The position numbers and the translations under genes are program-made. A stretch of DNA of 64,000 nt from an uncultured delta proteobacterium. GTDB lineage: Bacteria > Desulfobacterota > Syntrophobacteria > BM002. Shown in pieces: positions 1 to 10,418 of this stretch (within the stretch, counting starts at the first letter, position 1; each line of letters starts with the position of its first letter). The notes under the pieces are model-generated. The model was not told the origin of the DNA. It was given only the letters and a program-made list of their open reading frames with translations, and searched no databases. The stretch is from the NCBI GenBank assembly GCA_963712115.1, contig CAVQGX010000011.1, forward strand, positions 22,048 through 86,047, given 5' to 3'.

Positions 1-420
1 AGAGACATAATCGAAAGTTGTGGCGGTGCCGAAATCCACAACAATAACACTGGTTTTATACTTCTCGTATGCGGCTACAGCATTGACGATCCGGTCGGCT
101 CCAATCTCTTTAGGATTGTCGTAATAAATCGGCATGCCAGTGCGGATTCCAGGTCCCACAATGAGCGGTTCAAGATCAAAGTATTTGTCGGCAAATTCTA
201 CCACAGTATTGAGCATTGGTGGCACGACACAAGAGGTCACCATGTGAGTTACGTCGCTAAATTGGACATTCTTGGCGGCAAACAGGTTGTTCATCAAAAT
301 GCCGTACTCATCGGCAGTCATATCCTGTTCTGTCCTTATGCGCCAATCAGTGATTAACTCAGAGCCGCGGTACAGGCCGAGGACCGTATTGGTGTTGCCG
401 ATGTCGATAGCCAGTAGCAT
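1..420 (-). CDS. coaX: Type III pantothenate kinase, 3' part outside window
   Basis: Manual translation from ATG at 420: [15 protein letters not shown]...[13 protein letters not shown]...[11 protein letters not shown]. These are the CoaX motifs (DxGNT, GADR, DFGTATT). Not in the ORF track. Confidence 0.93.
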   Translation of the reverse strand, partial: MLLAIDIGNTNTVLGLYRGSELITDWRIRTEQDMTADEYGILMNNLFAAKNVQFSDVTHMVTSCVVPPMLNTVVEFADKYFDLEPLIVGPGIRTGMPIYYDNPKEIGADRIVNAVAAYEKYKTSVIVVDFGTATTFDYVS

Positions 421-564
421 TGAGAGTGCTTTCCTTCACAGGCTGCTGCTAAAAACCAATCCTGACCAGTTTCGCACGGGTTAAATAAACCACGAAGACC
501 ACTTGTGGTGGAAGCTTGGCCGTATGCGTTGGCGAAAGATAATTCCCCTTTCGGCAAAAACCCA

Positions 565-1914
565 TCAGGACATAACCCGCCCAATGACAGCCGCAGTTTC
601 CTCAGCCAGTTGGACCACGCGATCTTGGTCCTTTCCTTCGATCATGACCCTTATCACAGGCTCGGTTCCAGAGGGCCTAATGAGGAGGCGACCCTCGTCG
701 CCGAGTTTCTCTTTGACCTGTTCCACAGTGCGGGTGATCTCGGGGAAATCCTCCAATGGCTTGCGCTCCTTAACCCGGACGTTCACCAGGTGCTGAGGAT
801 AGCGTTCCATGATAGAGGCCAGCTCAGAAAGGGGTTTGTCTTCAGCGAGCATTACCTCCAAGAGTTGCAGGGCGGAGAGGATGCCGTCGCCAGTGGTGTT
901 GTGGTCAAGAAAAATAATGTGGCCAGACTGTTCACCACCTAGATTGTAGTCTTCAGCTAACATTCTTTCCACTACATACCGGTCGCCAACCGCGGTCCGG
1001 ACTAGTTTGCCACCCATGGATTTGAGGGTGATTTCAAGTCCCATGTTGCTCATAACGGTGGTGACCAGAGTAGAGTGTTTAAGGGTTTGCTCCTTAAGCA
1101 TACGGGAAGCAAATATGGCCATTAACTGGTCACCGTCTACCACTGTTCCCTTTTCATCAACACAGATCAAACGGTCTGCGTCTCCGTCAAAGGCAATGCC
1201 CAGCTGAGCACCAGATTCCTTTACCAGCTCAGCCGTCACCTGGGGATAGACACTGCCGCAGTCTTCATTAATGTTGTAACCGTTAGGTTTTACTCCTGTC
1301 AGCACCAGATTGGCACCCAATTCCTCGAAGACAGCCGGCGCAACTTTGTAAGAGGCTCCGTTGGCACAGTCCATTGCTATTTTTATGCCGTCAAGAGTGA
1401 GATCCCTGGAAAAGGTGTTTTTCAGGAAAACCACGTAACGGCCCACGGCATCATCCACTCGGAAAGCCTTGCCCACTTCCTCTGCAGTGGGACGAAGATG
1501 ATCGATATCATTAGAGAAAATAAGCTCCTCGATTTTTTCCTCAATTGCATCGTCGAGTTTGAAACCGTCACGGGAGAAAAATTTGATGCCATTGTCTTGG
1601 AAGGGATTGTGGGAGGCAGATATGACTACACCAGCATCGGCTCGCATGCTGCTGGTGATAAAGGCGATTCCTGGCGTTGGCAGTGGGCCCACCAGGAGCA
1701 CATCCACTCCCATGGAACAAATACCGGAGGCGATTGCATTCTCGATCATGTAGCCAGAGAGTCGGGTATCCTTACCTATAACAATCTTGTGACGGCGCTT
1801 GTCATTTTTGAAGGCGTAAGCAACACCTCTTCCCAACTGCATAGCCATCTCGGTGGTCATAGGGTACACATTGGCTACGCCCCTCACCCCGTCGGTGCCG
1901 AAGATCTTACCCAT
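565..1914 (-). CDS. glmM: Phosphoglucosamine mutase
   Basis: [12 protein letters not shown] start, SASHNP active-site serine, FDGDADR, GGEQSGH and RPSGTEP motifs. Confidence 0.97.
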   Translation of the reverse strand: MGKIFGTDGVRGVANVYPMTTEMAMQLGRGVAYAFKNDKRRHKIVIGKDTRLSGYMIENAIASGICSMGVDVLLVGPLPTPGIAFITSSMRADAGVVISASHNPFQDNGIKFFSRDGFKLDDAIEEKIEELIFSNDIDHLRPTAEEVGKAFRVDDAVGRYVVFLKNTFSRDLTLDGIKIAMDCANGASYKVAPAVFEELGANLVLTGVKPNGYNINEDCGSVYPQVTAELVKESGAQLGIAFDGDADRLICVDEKGTVVDGDQLMAIFASRMLKEQTLKHSTLVTTVMSNMGLEITLKSMGGKLVRTAVGDRYVVERMLAEDYNLGGEQSGHIIFLDHNTTGDGILSALQLLEVMLAEDKPLSELASIMERYPQHLVNVRVKERKPLEDFPEITRTVEQVKEKLGDEGRLLIRPSGTEPVIRVMIEGKDQDRVVQLAEETAAVIGRVMS

Positions 1915-2028
1915 GGTGTGCCTCATGAGCGCAAAGCGCATGGCGCAGAGCGCATAGCAAAATATTAAATTATTTCAATATGTTGAAAATTATCTGCCGG
2001 AGAAATCGCCAATGCCAAGCGCGTTGCC

Positions 2029-2877
2029 CTAGGCGTTCATAATGGCGTCGATCATGTCTGCAATCTGACGGCAGGTAGTGACTTCATGGACCCGGACAAT
2101 GTGGGCTCCTTTAATGATGCCGGCGCAGACCGTAGCCCAGGAACCAGGCTCACGCTCAGTTACCTCCTTGTCCAGCACGGCACCAATAAATGATTTGCGC
2201 GAAGTCCCTAAAAGTATAGGCCGTCCGAGTGTCGCCAAGGAGTCCAGATGCTTAACAAGGAGTAAGTTGTGGCGTACAGTCTTGCCAAAACCAATGCCAG
2301 GATCAACGATGATCTGGTCTCGAGACACACCCGCCTCACAGGCAAATTGAATCCGTTCTTCAAGAAATCCTATTATTTCGGAGAGCAGCGATCCATAATG
2401 AGGCTCGAGCTGCATGGTGCGAGGGGATCCCTGCATGTGCATGAGAACGAGTGGGACCTGTGAGGTTGCAGCCAGTTGTACCAGTTCAGGGTCATAGCGG
2501 AGCCCGCTTATGTCATTGATCATTGTGGCACCTGCATCCAGGGCTGCTCTGGCAACTTGACCCTTACATGTATCAATTGATATGGGCAGAGAAGTGCGCT
2601 TGGCCAGTTCGCTCACAACCGGAATGACCCGCCGTAGCTCCTCTTCAATATCCACCGAATCGGAAAACGGCCTGGTTGATTCGCCGCCCACATCAAGGAC
2701 ATCCGCCCCATCAGAGGCAAGCAACTCCCCTTGTTTGATGGCCTGGTCTGTTTTGTAGAAGAGGCCGCCGTCAGAAAATGAGTCGGGAGTAACGTTAATC
2801 GTCCCCATGAGCAGGGTCCGTCCGCCCAACTCCAGTGTATGATCACCGCAGCGAATGGTGAAGCGCGCCCGGTTCAC
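2029..2877 (-). CDS. folP: Dihydropteroate synthase
   Basis: [26 protein letters not shown] and SRKSF motifs; follows ftsH. Confidence 0.97.
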   Translation of the reverse strand: MNRARFTIRCGDHTLELGGRTLLMGTINVTPDSFSDGGLFYKTDQAIKQGELLASDGADVLDVGGESTRPFSDSVDIEEELRRVIPVVSELAKRTSLPISIDTCKGQVARAALDAGATMINDISGLRYDPELVQLAATSQVPLVLMHMQGSPRTMQLEPHYGSLLSEIIGFLEERIQFACEAGVSRDQIIVDPGIGFGKTVRHNLLLVKHLDSLATLGRPILLGTSRKSFIGAVLDKEVTEREPGSWATVCAGIIKGAHIVRVHEVTTCRQIADMIDAIMNA

Positions 2878-4844
2878 GCCTGGGTCTCTCCGAGTTTGTC
2901 CTTGGGAAGGTCTCTTTCTTTGGCGGTAACGGGATCCCTCTTTTTCTCAGGTTCCGGTTGAGGCTGGCTGACCTTGCTTTTGCCGCGTTCCTCCGCAACC
3001 ACATCCTCAGCGGTCACAGTTCGGGTGAACTCTTGGCCGGGCTTGGTGGCCACTATGATGGCATCGATTTCTTTGCCGCCCAAGGTTTCCTTGTCGATTA
3101 GAGTCTCGGCGATTTTGTGGAGAAGGTCCTCGTGCTCCTGGAGAATTTTTTTGGCGGTATCATAGGCCTCTTCGACTATGCGGCGCACTTCCTCATCGAT
3201 TTTGATGGCAGTCTGCTCACTGTAGTCTCGATGCTGGGCAATCTCCCGACCAAGAAAGATAGCCTCCTCTTTCTGACCGAAAGCGATTGGCCCCAGAGAT
3301 TCACTCATGCCATAAACTGTAACCATTTTGCGGGCTATATTAGTGGCCTTGTCTATGTCATCACTGGCACCACTGGTGCGGTGATTGAAAGCGAGCTCTT
3401 CGGCAACCCTACCGCCCATGAGTTTGGCCAGGGTGTTTTTCATGTACTCTTGATCATAAGAGAGCCGATCTTCTATGGGCAGGGTCATTGTCACTCCCAG
3501 GGCGCGGCCCCGGGGGATGATACTTACTTTGTGGACCGGGTCTGTTCCAGGAAGAAATTTGGCCACCAGGGCGTGGCCCACCTCGTGGTAGGCGGTGTTG
3601 CGCTTTTCTTTTTCGCTCATTATCATGCTCTTGCGCTCGGTGCCCATGAGTACCTTGTCTTTGGCCTGGTCCAGGTCGACCATCTCCACCTGGTCTTTGT
3701 TCAGCCGAGCGGCGAGCAAGGCGGCCTCATTCACCAGGTTTTCCAGATCAGCTCCGGAAAAGCCCGGGGTGCCGCGGGCAACCACGCTGAGGTCTACATC
3801 AGAGGACAGAGGCGTTTGCCGCACATGAACTTTAAGTATGCCCTCTCTGCCCCTTATATCTGGCAGGGGAACCACTACCTGACGGTCGAAGCGGCCTGGA
3901 CGCAGCAGGGCAGGGTCGAGGACATCGGGGCGGTTCGTCGCAGAAATTAGAATGACACCATCGTTTGACTCAAAGCCGTCCATTTCCACCAGCAGCTGAT
4001 TCAACGTCTGTTCGCGTTCGTCGTGGCCACCTCCAAGGCCGGCCCCACGGTGTCTCCCCACAGCGTCAATCTCGTCAATGAAGATGATACAGGGGGCATG
4101 TTTTTTGCCCTGAACGAAGAGATCTCGGACCCGAGAAGCGCCAACGCCCACAAACATCTCAACAAAATCGGACCCACTAATATTGAAAAACGGCACTCCC
4201 GCCTCACCGGCAATAGCTCTAGCCAGTAGGGTTTTTCCAGTACCAGGAGCGCCAACGAGAAGTACACCTTTGGGTATTCGCCCCCCTAGTCTGGTGAATT
4301 TTTTTGGATCACGCAGGAATTCAATAACTTCTTCGAGTTCTTCTTTGGCCTCCTCAATGCCGGCCACATCCTCGAAGGTCACCTTGCGAGCTGAGTCTGA
4401 AATCAACCTTGCTCTGCTTTTGCCGAAGGACATAGCTTTGCCGCCACCGGCCTGCATTTGGCGCATGAAAAAGATCCATACGGCAATGAGAAGGAGCATG
4501 GGGAACCAGCTGATGAGGATAGTCATGAACCAAGGAGACTCTTCCACAGCTTTGGCGGAAATCTGTACTCCCTTGTCTCTTAGCTCCCGAATAAGGTTAG
4601 GATCATTGGGAACAAAAGTCCTAAATGAGGTTCCGTCTTTGTACTTGCCGTAAATGTCATTTCCCTGGATGGTTACCTGATTCACTTCACCGTCGGACAC
4701 GGCGGCGATGAACTCGCTATAGCTCGTTTCCTGCTTGCTTTGGCCAGGATGGTTGAACATGTTGAAGAGCAAGATCACCATCAAGCTGATAACCAGCCAG
4801 AGGGCTAGATTTTTGTAAAAAGGGCTCAATTGTTCTCTCCTCAA
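2874..4844 (-). CDS. ftsH: ATP-dependent zinc metalloprotease FtsH
   Basis: Two TM segments, Walker A GAPGTGKT, Walker [33 protein letters not shown] zinc motif. Confidence 0.98.
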   Translation of the reverse strand: MRREQLSPFYKNLALWLVISLMVILLFNMFNHPGQSKQETSYSEFIAAVSDGEVNQVTIQGNDIYGKYKDGTSFRTFVPNDPNLIRELRDKGVQISAKAVEESPWFMTILISWFPMLLLIAVWIFFMRQMQAGGGKAMSFGKSRARLISDSARKVTFEDVAGIEEAKEELEEVIEFLRDPKKFTRLGGRIPKGVLLVGAPGTGKTLLARAIAGEAGVPFFNISGSDFVEMFVGVGASRVRDLFVQGKKHAPCIIFIDEIDAVGRHRGAGLGGGHDEREQTLNQLLVEMDGFESNDGVILISATNRPDVLDPALLRPGRFDRQVVVPLPDIRGREGILKVHVRQTPLSSDVDLSVVARGTPGFSGADLENLVNEAALLAARLNKDQVEMVDLDQAKDKVLMGTERKSMIMSEKEKRNTAYHEVGHALVAKFLPGTDPVHKVSIIPRGRALGVTMTLPIEDRLSYDQEYMKNTLAKLMGGRVAEELAFNHRTSGASDDIDKATNIARKMVTVYGMSESLGPIAFGQKEEAIFLGREIAQHRDYSEQTAIKIDEEVRRIVEEAYDTAKKILQEHEDLLHKIAETLIDKETLGGKEIDAIIVATKPGQEFTRTVTAEDVVAEERGKSKVSQPQPEPEKKRDPVTAKERDLPKDKLGETQA

Positions 4845-4992
4845 ACTTGGAGGTCAAACCACCAATTTCCAGTTTGTACTACTAGCATACCAAATTAGTC
4901 ATTGCAAAGTAAATGTCAACGACGATACCGTTGGGCCTATAAGGGCTTAGACAACATAGTGACAATGCTCTCGACTTCTATTTTCACTCCCT

Positions 4993-5232
4993 TAGCCCGG
5001 ATATTTCATTAATTGCTGTCGGGAGACCACGAAGATGGGCGTGCCTGCCCGCCATGCGAGCAAGGCGAGGCGGGCGGGCCACCGGGCAACCGTCCCGCGG
5101 TATCGCGGGATTGGTCCCGAGGCGTACCTTAACGTTACGTCGCAGGGGTCGACACCCGAGGACGCACGGAAGGGCGGCCGTATCCGTGGTCGCAGTCACG
5201 CCAGGGTGTGAATTCATGAAATATCCTGGCTA
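4993..5232. mobile_element. MITE-like element, copy 1
   Basis: Terminal inverted repeats TAGCCCGGATATTTCATTAATT...AATTCATGAAATATCCTGGCTA; related copies at 35136 and 38150. Confidence 0.75.
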
Positions 5233-5245
5233 GGCCAATACAGCT

Positions 5246-5261
5246 TGCGAAAGACGTGCCA
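5246..5261 (-). promoter_or_regulatory. Possible sigma54 -24/-12 promoter upstream of the MITE and ftsH
   Basis: Minus strand reads TGGCAC-GTCTT-TCGCA. Confidence 0.4.
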
Positions 5262-5289
5262 GACCGGGCACCCGACCAGTAATGGCAAA

Positions 5290-5612
5290 GAGCAAGGAGC
5301 CAGGAGTCAGAATCCAGAATTCAGGAGAAAAGCTATCAAAATTGACTTCATCTGAGCTACCGCCTCTTTGAACCGCAGAATGTCGAACAAGGAATTTCGA
5401 ATATCGAAGTGATCACTTCATCATTCTGCGGTTCCTTGTTCTGCTGTTCGATATGCAGTACTTTGAACAATCTGTCGTCTGTCGTCTGTTCTCTGACCTC
5501 TCATCGCCGTCTCGCCGTTTCTCCGCTTCCCCGCGTCATCCTGCTGTGCCTAGTGCTTAGTCCCTAGTGCCTAGTTGAAACGGCTGCCCGCTGCCTGCTG
5601 TCAGCTGATAAC
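5290..5612. repeat. Mosaic of heptamer tandem repeats and hairpins
   Basis: AGGAGCC/AGGAGTC/AGAATCC units (shared with 22500 and 23836), TCTGTCG and TAGTGCC units. Confidence 0.75.
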
Positions 5613-5615
5613 TGC

Positions 5616-7016
5616 TTACTCCACTCCCTCCACATAGAGGAGTCGTAACAGCCGGTTAGTGTTTGCCGTTACTTTGACGCGATCGTCCAGCCGCAGGCCA
5701 ACAACCCAGATAATTTGTTCTCCGCTGCAAAGAATTGGGACCCTGCGACGATGGCTTCTCGGGATTTTGGCATCGATGAAGAATTTTTTGAGTTTTTTAC
5801 CACCACCCAGTCCCAGGGGGCGGAAGCGGTCTCCGGCCTTGCTAGACCTGAGCACCAGGGGAAAAGAGACCATGTCCAGGTCCATGAGGGCTTCGTTGGG
5901 ATGGCGACCAAACTCAGAAGCCAGATTCGTGGCAGCGTATTCCAGCACCATCCTGTGATTCAAGCGGGGAAGGGGGTAGGAGCCAGGTCCAGCCATTTCG
6001 TAATAGAAATCTTCAGGGGTCTGGTAGCGCAAGCCAATGGTCAACCAGCTATAATTCTTCTCTGCTCGAACCTCTCCCGGCAGGTCAATCTGGCTGTTGG
6101 CGGCAGCAGAGCGACACAGTCGCAAGAGAATTTCCGTGTGATGAAAACCAAAGTTTCTTAGGTCTCCCTTAACCTTTTCCACCACCCGACGGAGCAAGCG
6201 CTTTTGCATGGCAGGGTGAGTTTCTAGGAGCGGTCCAATGGGAAGACGAAGCCCGCCTTCCTCGCATTCAGCAGAATGTTGATCCAACCACTGACATAAT
6301 AGCGATTCCCAGAATTCCTCTTCCTCACGAAAGATATTGCTGGTCCGCAGTAAGGTGGCATTTAAATTGCTATTGAAATGTTGCTGTAGCCGTGGCAGCA
6401 ATTCCAGCCGTAATAAGTTGCGCTGGCACCACGGCTTCAAATTGGACTCATCTTGCCGGAAGGCAAGGCTCTGGTTTTCAAGATAGGACGTAATTTCGTA
6501 ACGGTGGCATTCTAGCAACGGTCGAATTACTCCGTTGTGGTTGCGGGGCGGCATGCCGGTAAGACCGCGCTGGCCTGCACCGCGAAAGATTCGGAGCAGG
6601 ATTTCTTCAGCCTGATCGTCAGCATTGTGGCCTAGGGCAAGCTTGCTGGCGCCTTCATTGGCCATAATCTGGTGCAGACATTGGTAGCGAAGCGCCCGGG
6701 CAGCCATTTGCAGTGAGCCACCATGCTCCTTTCGCCAGCTGTGGACATTTACTCGTTGCACCACAATCGGCAGCCCCAATTGGCGGGCAAGATCTTGGAC
6801 AAATTCGGCGTCATGGTCAGCTTCACTGCCACGAAGACCATGATGGACATGAGCTACCACCAGTTCGATACGGTAGGTCTGCCGCAGCTGATGGAGGATG
6901 TGACAGAGAGCTACCGAATCAGGGCCGCCAGATACGGCCACAAGCACGCGGTCTCCGGGCTGGAGCATACTGTAGGCTGCCAGAGTATTTTGCACCTTTT
7001 TAAGCAGCATGGACAC
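5616..7016 (-). CDS. tilS: tRNA(Ile)-lysidine synthase
   Basis: PP-loop SGGPDS, HHGLRG, GHNADDQAE, RNLLR and TilS C-terminal domain. Confidence 0.96.
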   Translation of the reverse strand: MSMLLKKVQNTLAAYSMLQPGDRVLVAVSGGPDSVALCHILHQLRQTYRIELVVAHVHHGLRGSEADHDAEFVQDLARQLGLPIVVQRVNVHSWRKEHGGSLQMAARALRYQCLHQIMANEGASKLALGHNADDQAEEILLRIFRGAGQRGLTGMPPRNHNGVIRPLLECHRYEITSYLENQSLAFRQDESNLKPWCQRNLLRLELLPRLQQHFNSNLNATLLRTSNIFREEEEFWESLLCQWLDQHSAECEEGGLRLPIGPLLETHPAMQKRLLRRVVEKVKGDLRNFGFHHTEILLRLCRSAAANSQIDLPGEVRAEKNYSWLTIGLRYQTPEDFYYEMAGPGSYPLPRLNHRMVLEYAATNLASEFGRHPNEALMDLDMVSFPLVLRSSKAGDRFRPLGLGGGKKLKKFFIDAKIPRSHRRRVPILCSGEQIIWVVGLRLDDRVKVTANTNRLLRLLYVEGVE

Positions 7017-7250
7017 CTTTGTTGTGGAGTATTGGATTGTTCCGACTAAACAATAATTATACGAGAGCAGTTAAACCCTGTCCAGTAGGGTACCAGGGAG
7101 ATTTAGAGTCAGCTGCATATCTATTGTAAATATATCAAGGATATGCTAATGAACTCCAAAGGCGAAGACACCCCCAAGCAGGTTTTGCTTTCAGTGCCAC
7201 CAGGCGGTGAGCTTCTTTCTACAATGGATGACAGACGGTAAATTCGGACT

Positions 7251-9416
7251 ATGCGACGTAAAAAGCTTGGTCAGATTCTAGTGGAAGCGGGATTGATCAG
7301 TGAAGATCAGCTGGTCTTAGCACTGGAAGAACAAAAAAAGGGAACAAAGAAACATCTGGGCAAGATCATCGTTGAGAATGAGTGGGCCAAGAATGAGGAC
7401 ATTTGCCAGGCCCTGTCCAAACAGCTCAACATACCGCATGTCAAACTGAAGGATCTGGATATACCGGACGAGGTCCTCGAGACTATTTCCCGAAAGCAGG
7501 CGAACAGAAGGCTCATCATTCCCTATGAAAAGACAGGAAGACGTCTGCGTATTGCCATGGCCAATCCACTGGATTACGGCACTATCAACGAGGTCAAGTT
7601 CAGAACGGGACTTGATGTGTCAGTAGCGGTTGCTGCCGAAGAGGATATCCGTGAGGCTATAGACGAAAAATACGGGGGTGATTTTGACTTTGATATGTTC
7701 GCCACCATGGTTCCCACCGAGGAGGTGGAAGTTCTCGCCGAGGAGCGAGAAGACAATGAATACGACGTAGACGAGCTCATCCGTCAGTCTGAAATAGCTC
7801 CCATAGTCAGGTTGACCAATGCGATTCTTGCCGACGCCATCAAACTGAGCGCCAGCGACATCCACATCGAGCCGCATGAAAAAGAGGTGTCTGTGCGCTA
7901 CCGCATCGATGGGATGATGAAAAATATCTTCAAGGTCGGCCTACCAGCTTTGGCCCCCCTCGTATCCAGAATCAAAATCATAGGTGATATGGACATTGCG
8001 GTTAAGCGGCGTCCACAGGACGGCCGTACCAAGCTTAAAGTCGGAAATAATCAATTTGACATGCGGATATCCACCCTGCCCACTATTTTTGGCGAGAAGG
8101 TGGTCATCCGTATACTAGACCAGTCCAAGGCCTTCATTGATCTTGAAGCACTTGGATTCAAATCTGACGACCTGTCAGTTTACACCTCCATGCTCACGAG
8201 ACCGCAAGGTATAGTCCTGGTCACAGGACCGACTGGGAGCGGCAAGAGCACAACCCTTTATGGATCTCTTAACCGCTTGAGATCAGAAGTGATAAACATC
8301 GTAACTGTAGAAGACCCGGTGGAGTATCAGCTGCCAGGTATCAGCCAGGTCCAGGTTAACGAAAGGGCAGGAATAACATTTGCCTCAGGACTGCGCTCCA
8401 TCCTCCGCCAGGACCCCAACGTGGTCATGGTGGGCGAGATCCGCGATGCGGAGACAGCAAAAATAGCTTTCCAGGCCGCCAACACCGGTCACTTGGTCTT
8501 AACAACCTTGCACACCAACGATGCCTCTTCGGCGGTGACTCGCCTGGTGGACTTGGGGGTCGACCCTTATGTGATCGCCTCATCGCTTCTTTGCGTGCTG
8601 GCACAGCGGCTGGTTAGGAAAAACTGTCCCCATTGCCTGGTGTCTGACAAGGTGGACAAACAGCTTCTCAGCAGATTGGGATTCTCCGATAAGAAAAACT
8701 TTGAAAATAAGATCAAGAAAGGTCAAGGGTGTGAAGCCTGTCAGTTTACAGGCTACATGGGGCGAATTGGAATCTACGAGGTCCTCAAGTCTGACGATGA
8801 ACTGAGGAAGCTTATTGTCAAAGGCGCCTCAGATACTGAGATTGCAGAGAATGCCAGAGAGCGAGGAATCGACGACATGTTCGGCGACTGCCGCGACAAG
8901 CTTCTTAAGGGAGTAACCTCGGTTGAAGAGTTAATGAGGGTGGCGCCGCCGCGCGAGACAAAAGGTTTTGAGGCCATAGTGGAGGAGACAGTTGCAGAAC
9001 CAACGGTAGATAAAGGTGTTAAGCCATCGAGGGGTAAGCTGCGGATTTTGGCGGTGGACGACGATCCTTTCATCCGCAAGATGCTGGAAAAGGTACTGAC
9101 TGAAGCCCAATACGATGTGGTGCTGGCCACGGATGGGGAGGAAGCCCTGGAAAAGGTTTATAGGGAGAGGCCCGATCTGATTATCTCCGATGTGGTGATG
9201 CCCAAACTTGATGGTCTTTCCCTGGTTAAAAAGCTTAAAGGTCACCTGCAGACCAGTATAGTACCGGTGATTCTTCTCACCTCTATGGACGAGGTAGAAA
9301 ATGAGGTGGAGGGCCTGGAGGCCGGCGCCGATGATTATATTCCCAAGCCCATTGTCGCCAATCTGCTGCTGGCGAGAATCAACCGGGTGCTAGCCATTTA
9401 CGGTCGGGAACAGTAG
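7251..9416 (+). CDS. PilB/GspE-family secretion ATPase with N-terminal MshEN motif and C-terminal receiver domain
   Basis: KKLGQILVEAGLISEDQLVLALEEQ (MshEN), ASDIHIEP, GPTGSGKST, LRQDPNVVMVGEIRD, two CxxC, then REC (VDDD, ISDVVMP, KP). Confidence 0.9.
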   Translation: MRRKKLGQILVEAGLISEDQLVLALEEQKKGTKKHLGKIIVENEWAKNEDICQALSKQLNIPHVKLKDLDIPDEVLETISRKQANRRLIIPYEKTGRRLRIAMANPLDYGTINEVKFRTGLDVSVAVAAEEDIREAIDEKYGGDFDFDMFATMVPTEEVEVLAEEREDNEYDVDELIRQSEIAPIVRLTNAILADAIKLSASDIHIEPHEKEVSVRYRIDGMMKNIFKVGLPALAPLVSRIKIIGDMDIAVKRRPQDGRTKLKVGNNQFDMRISTLPTIFGEKVVIRILDQSKAFIDLEALGFKSDDLSVYTSMLTRPQGIVLVTGPTGSGKSTTLYGSLNRLRSEVINIVTVEDPVEYQLPGISQVQVNERAGITFASGLRSILRQDPNVVMVGEIRDAETAKIAFQAANTGHLVLTTLHTNDASSAVTRLVDLGVDPYVIASSLLCVLAQRLVRKNCPHCLVSDKVDKQLLSRLGFSDKKNFENKIKKGQGCEACQFTGYMGRIGIYEVLKSDDELRKLIVKGASDTEIAENARERGIDDMFGDCRDKLLKGVTSVEELMRVAPPRETKGFEAIVEETVAEPTVDKGVKPSRGKLRILAVDDDPFIRKMLEKVLTEAQYDVVLATDGEEALEKVYRERPDLIISDVVMPKLDGLSLVKKLKGHLQTSIVPVILLTSMDEVENEVEGLEAGADDYIPKPIVANLLLARINRVLAIYGREQ

Positions 9417-9434
9417 GAGTGAGGAGTTTATTCC

Positions 9435-9971
9435 ATGCCAGATTTCCCAACCGGACCAGGGAAAAAAGTTCTTGAGCAGGTCCGCCGGGCTCAGCAAAAC
9501 CAACTCGCCCCAGACAGTTTAGATTCCCCCCAGCAAGAATATCTCACTTTCCGCCTCAATGAGGAATGGTACGGTTTGAGCGTGTATCAGCTGGTGGAGG
9601 TCTTGCCGACGCCCAAGATTACCAGGGTTCCCAGTGTTCCCAATCACATCCTCGGGGTCATGAATTTTAGGGGGGAAGTTCTATCGGCCATTGATTTGAA
9701 AAAGTTTTTCGGATTGCCCCAAAGCAAAGCAACCACGGATCCGGCTATAGTCGTGGTAGAACACGGTGAGAGGCAAACGGGTTTGCTGGTAGACGAGATT
9801 GGTGACCTAATAGGTCTGGCTCCAGAGGATTTGAGTGAGGAACCAATTACCACGGGTGAGTCACAGCGATTATTCTTTGAGGGGGCTGCCCACTGGGGCG
9901 AGATCCTCATAAGCATCATCAAGCTAGAAGGGATTTTTCAATCAGATGCTATGTACTCGCAGCGAGGATAA
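9435..9971 (+). CDS. cheW: CheW coupling protein
   Basis: YLTFRL..EWYGL, ITRVPSVP..ILGVMNFRGEV, GLLVD. Confidence 0.9.
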   Translation: MPDFPTGPGKKVLEQVRRAQQNQLAPDSLDSPQQEYLTFRLNEEWYGLSVYQLVEVLPTPKITRVPSVPNHILGVMNFRGEVLSAIDLKKFFGLPQSKATTDPAIVVVEHGERQTGLLVDEIGDLIGLAPEDLSEEPITTGESQRLFFEGAAHWGEILISIIKLEGIFQSDAMYSQRG

Positions 9972-9974
9972 ACC

Positions 9975-10391
9975 ATGGTAGGCACCGACGAGGCTTCTAC
10001 CCTGGCAATTCTCACCTTTTGGGTTGGTCCCTTCCTGTTAGGTGTGGAGGCCGATCAGATAGTCAGGTTGCCCAGTCCCCCCCGGCAAAAAGCACCGACT
10101 CTAGAAATTGGATTAGCTGATATTCTACCCATGCTGGATTTAAGGACAGCCTGCGGTCTGCCTCCAGCGCCAAGTGAAGATCAGCGGCAACTCCTGGTGA
10201 TAGATCAGGGTGGGGAACAGGTGGGATATAAAGTTGATAAGGTAGGCGATCTCATATCGGTTGACATCTCCAGACATGTTTGGAAGCTACCGCCTTTGCT
10301 TGAAATTCAGAAGCGATGGCAGCAACTTTGGGGTGTCTGCCAATGGAAGGATGAGTTGGTCCTGCTAGTGGATCTTCAGTATAAGTCCTAA
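9975..10391 (+). CDS. Divergent CheW-like protein
   Basis: LTFWVG, LPMLDLR, GYKVDKV, LVLLVD pattern; located in the che operon. Confidence 0.7.
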   Translation: MVGTDEASTLAILTFWVGPFLLGVEADQIVRLPSPPRQKAPTLEIGLADILPMLDLRTACGLPPAPSEDQRQLLVIDQGGEQVGYKVDKVGDLISVDISRHVWKLPPLLEIQKRWQQLWGVCQWKDELVLLVDLQYKS

Positions 10392-10418
10392 AAACGGTCA
10401 AGGAGGGATCTATTTCCC

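Noticed and set aside
3117-3950. Long antisense ORFs over ftsH, dxs, metK, the MCP and others
   Set aside because: Shadow frames of well-conserved genes, with no motifs or RBS.
4984-5217. ORFs in the MITE copies (also 38034, 38174, 38191)
   Set aside because: Open frames in GC-rich palindromic repeats; the similarity is at the DNA level.
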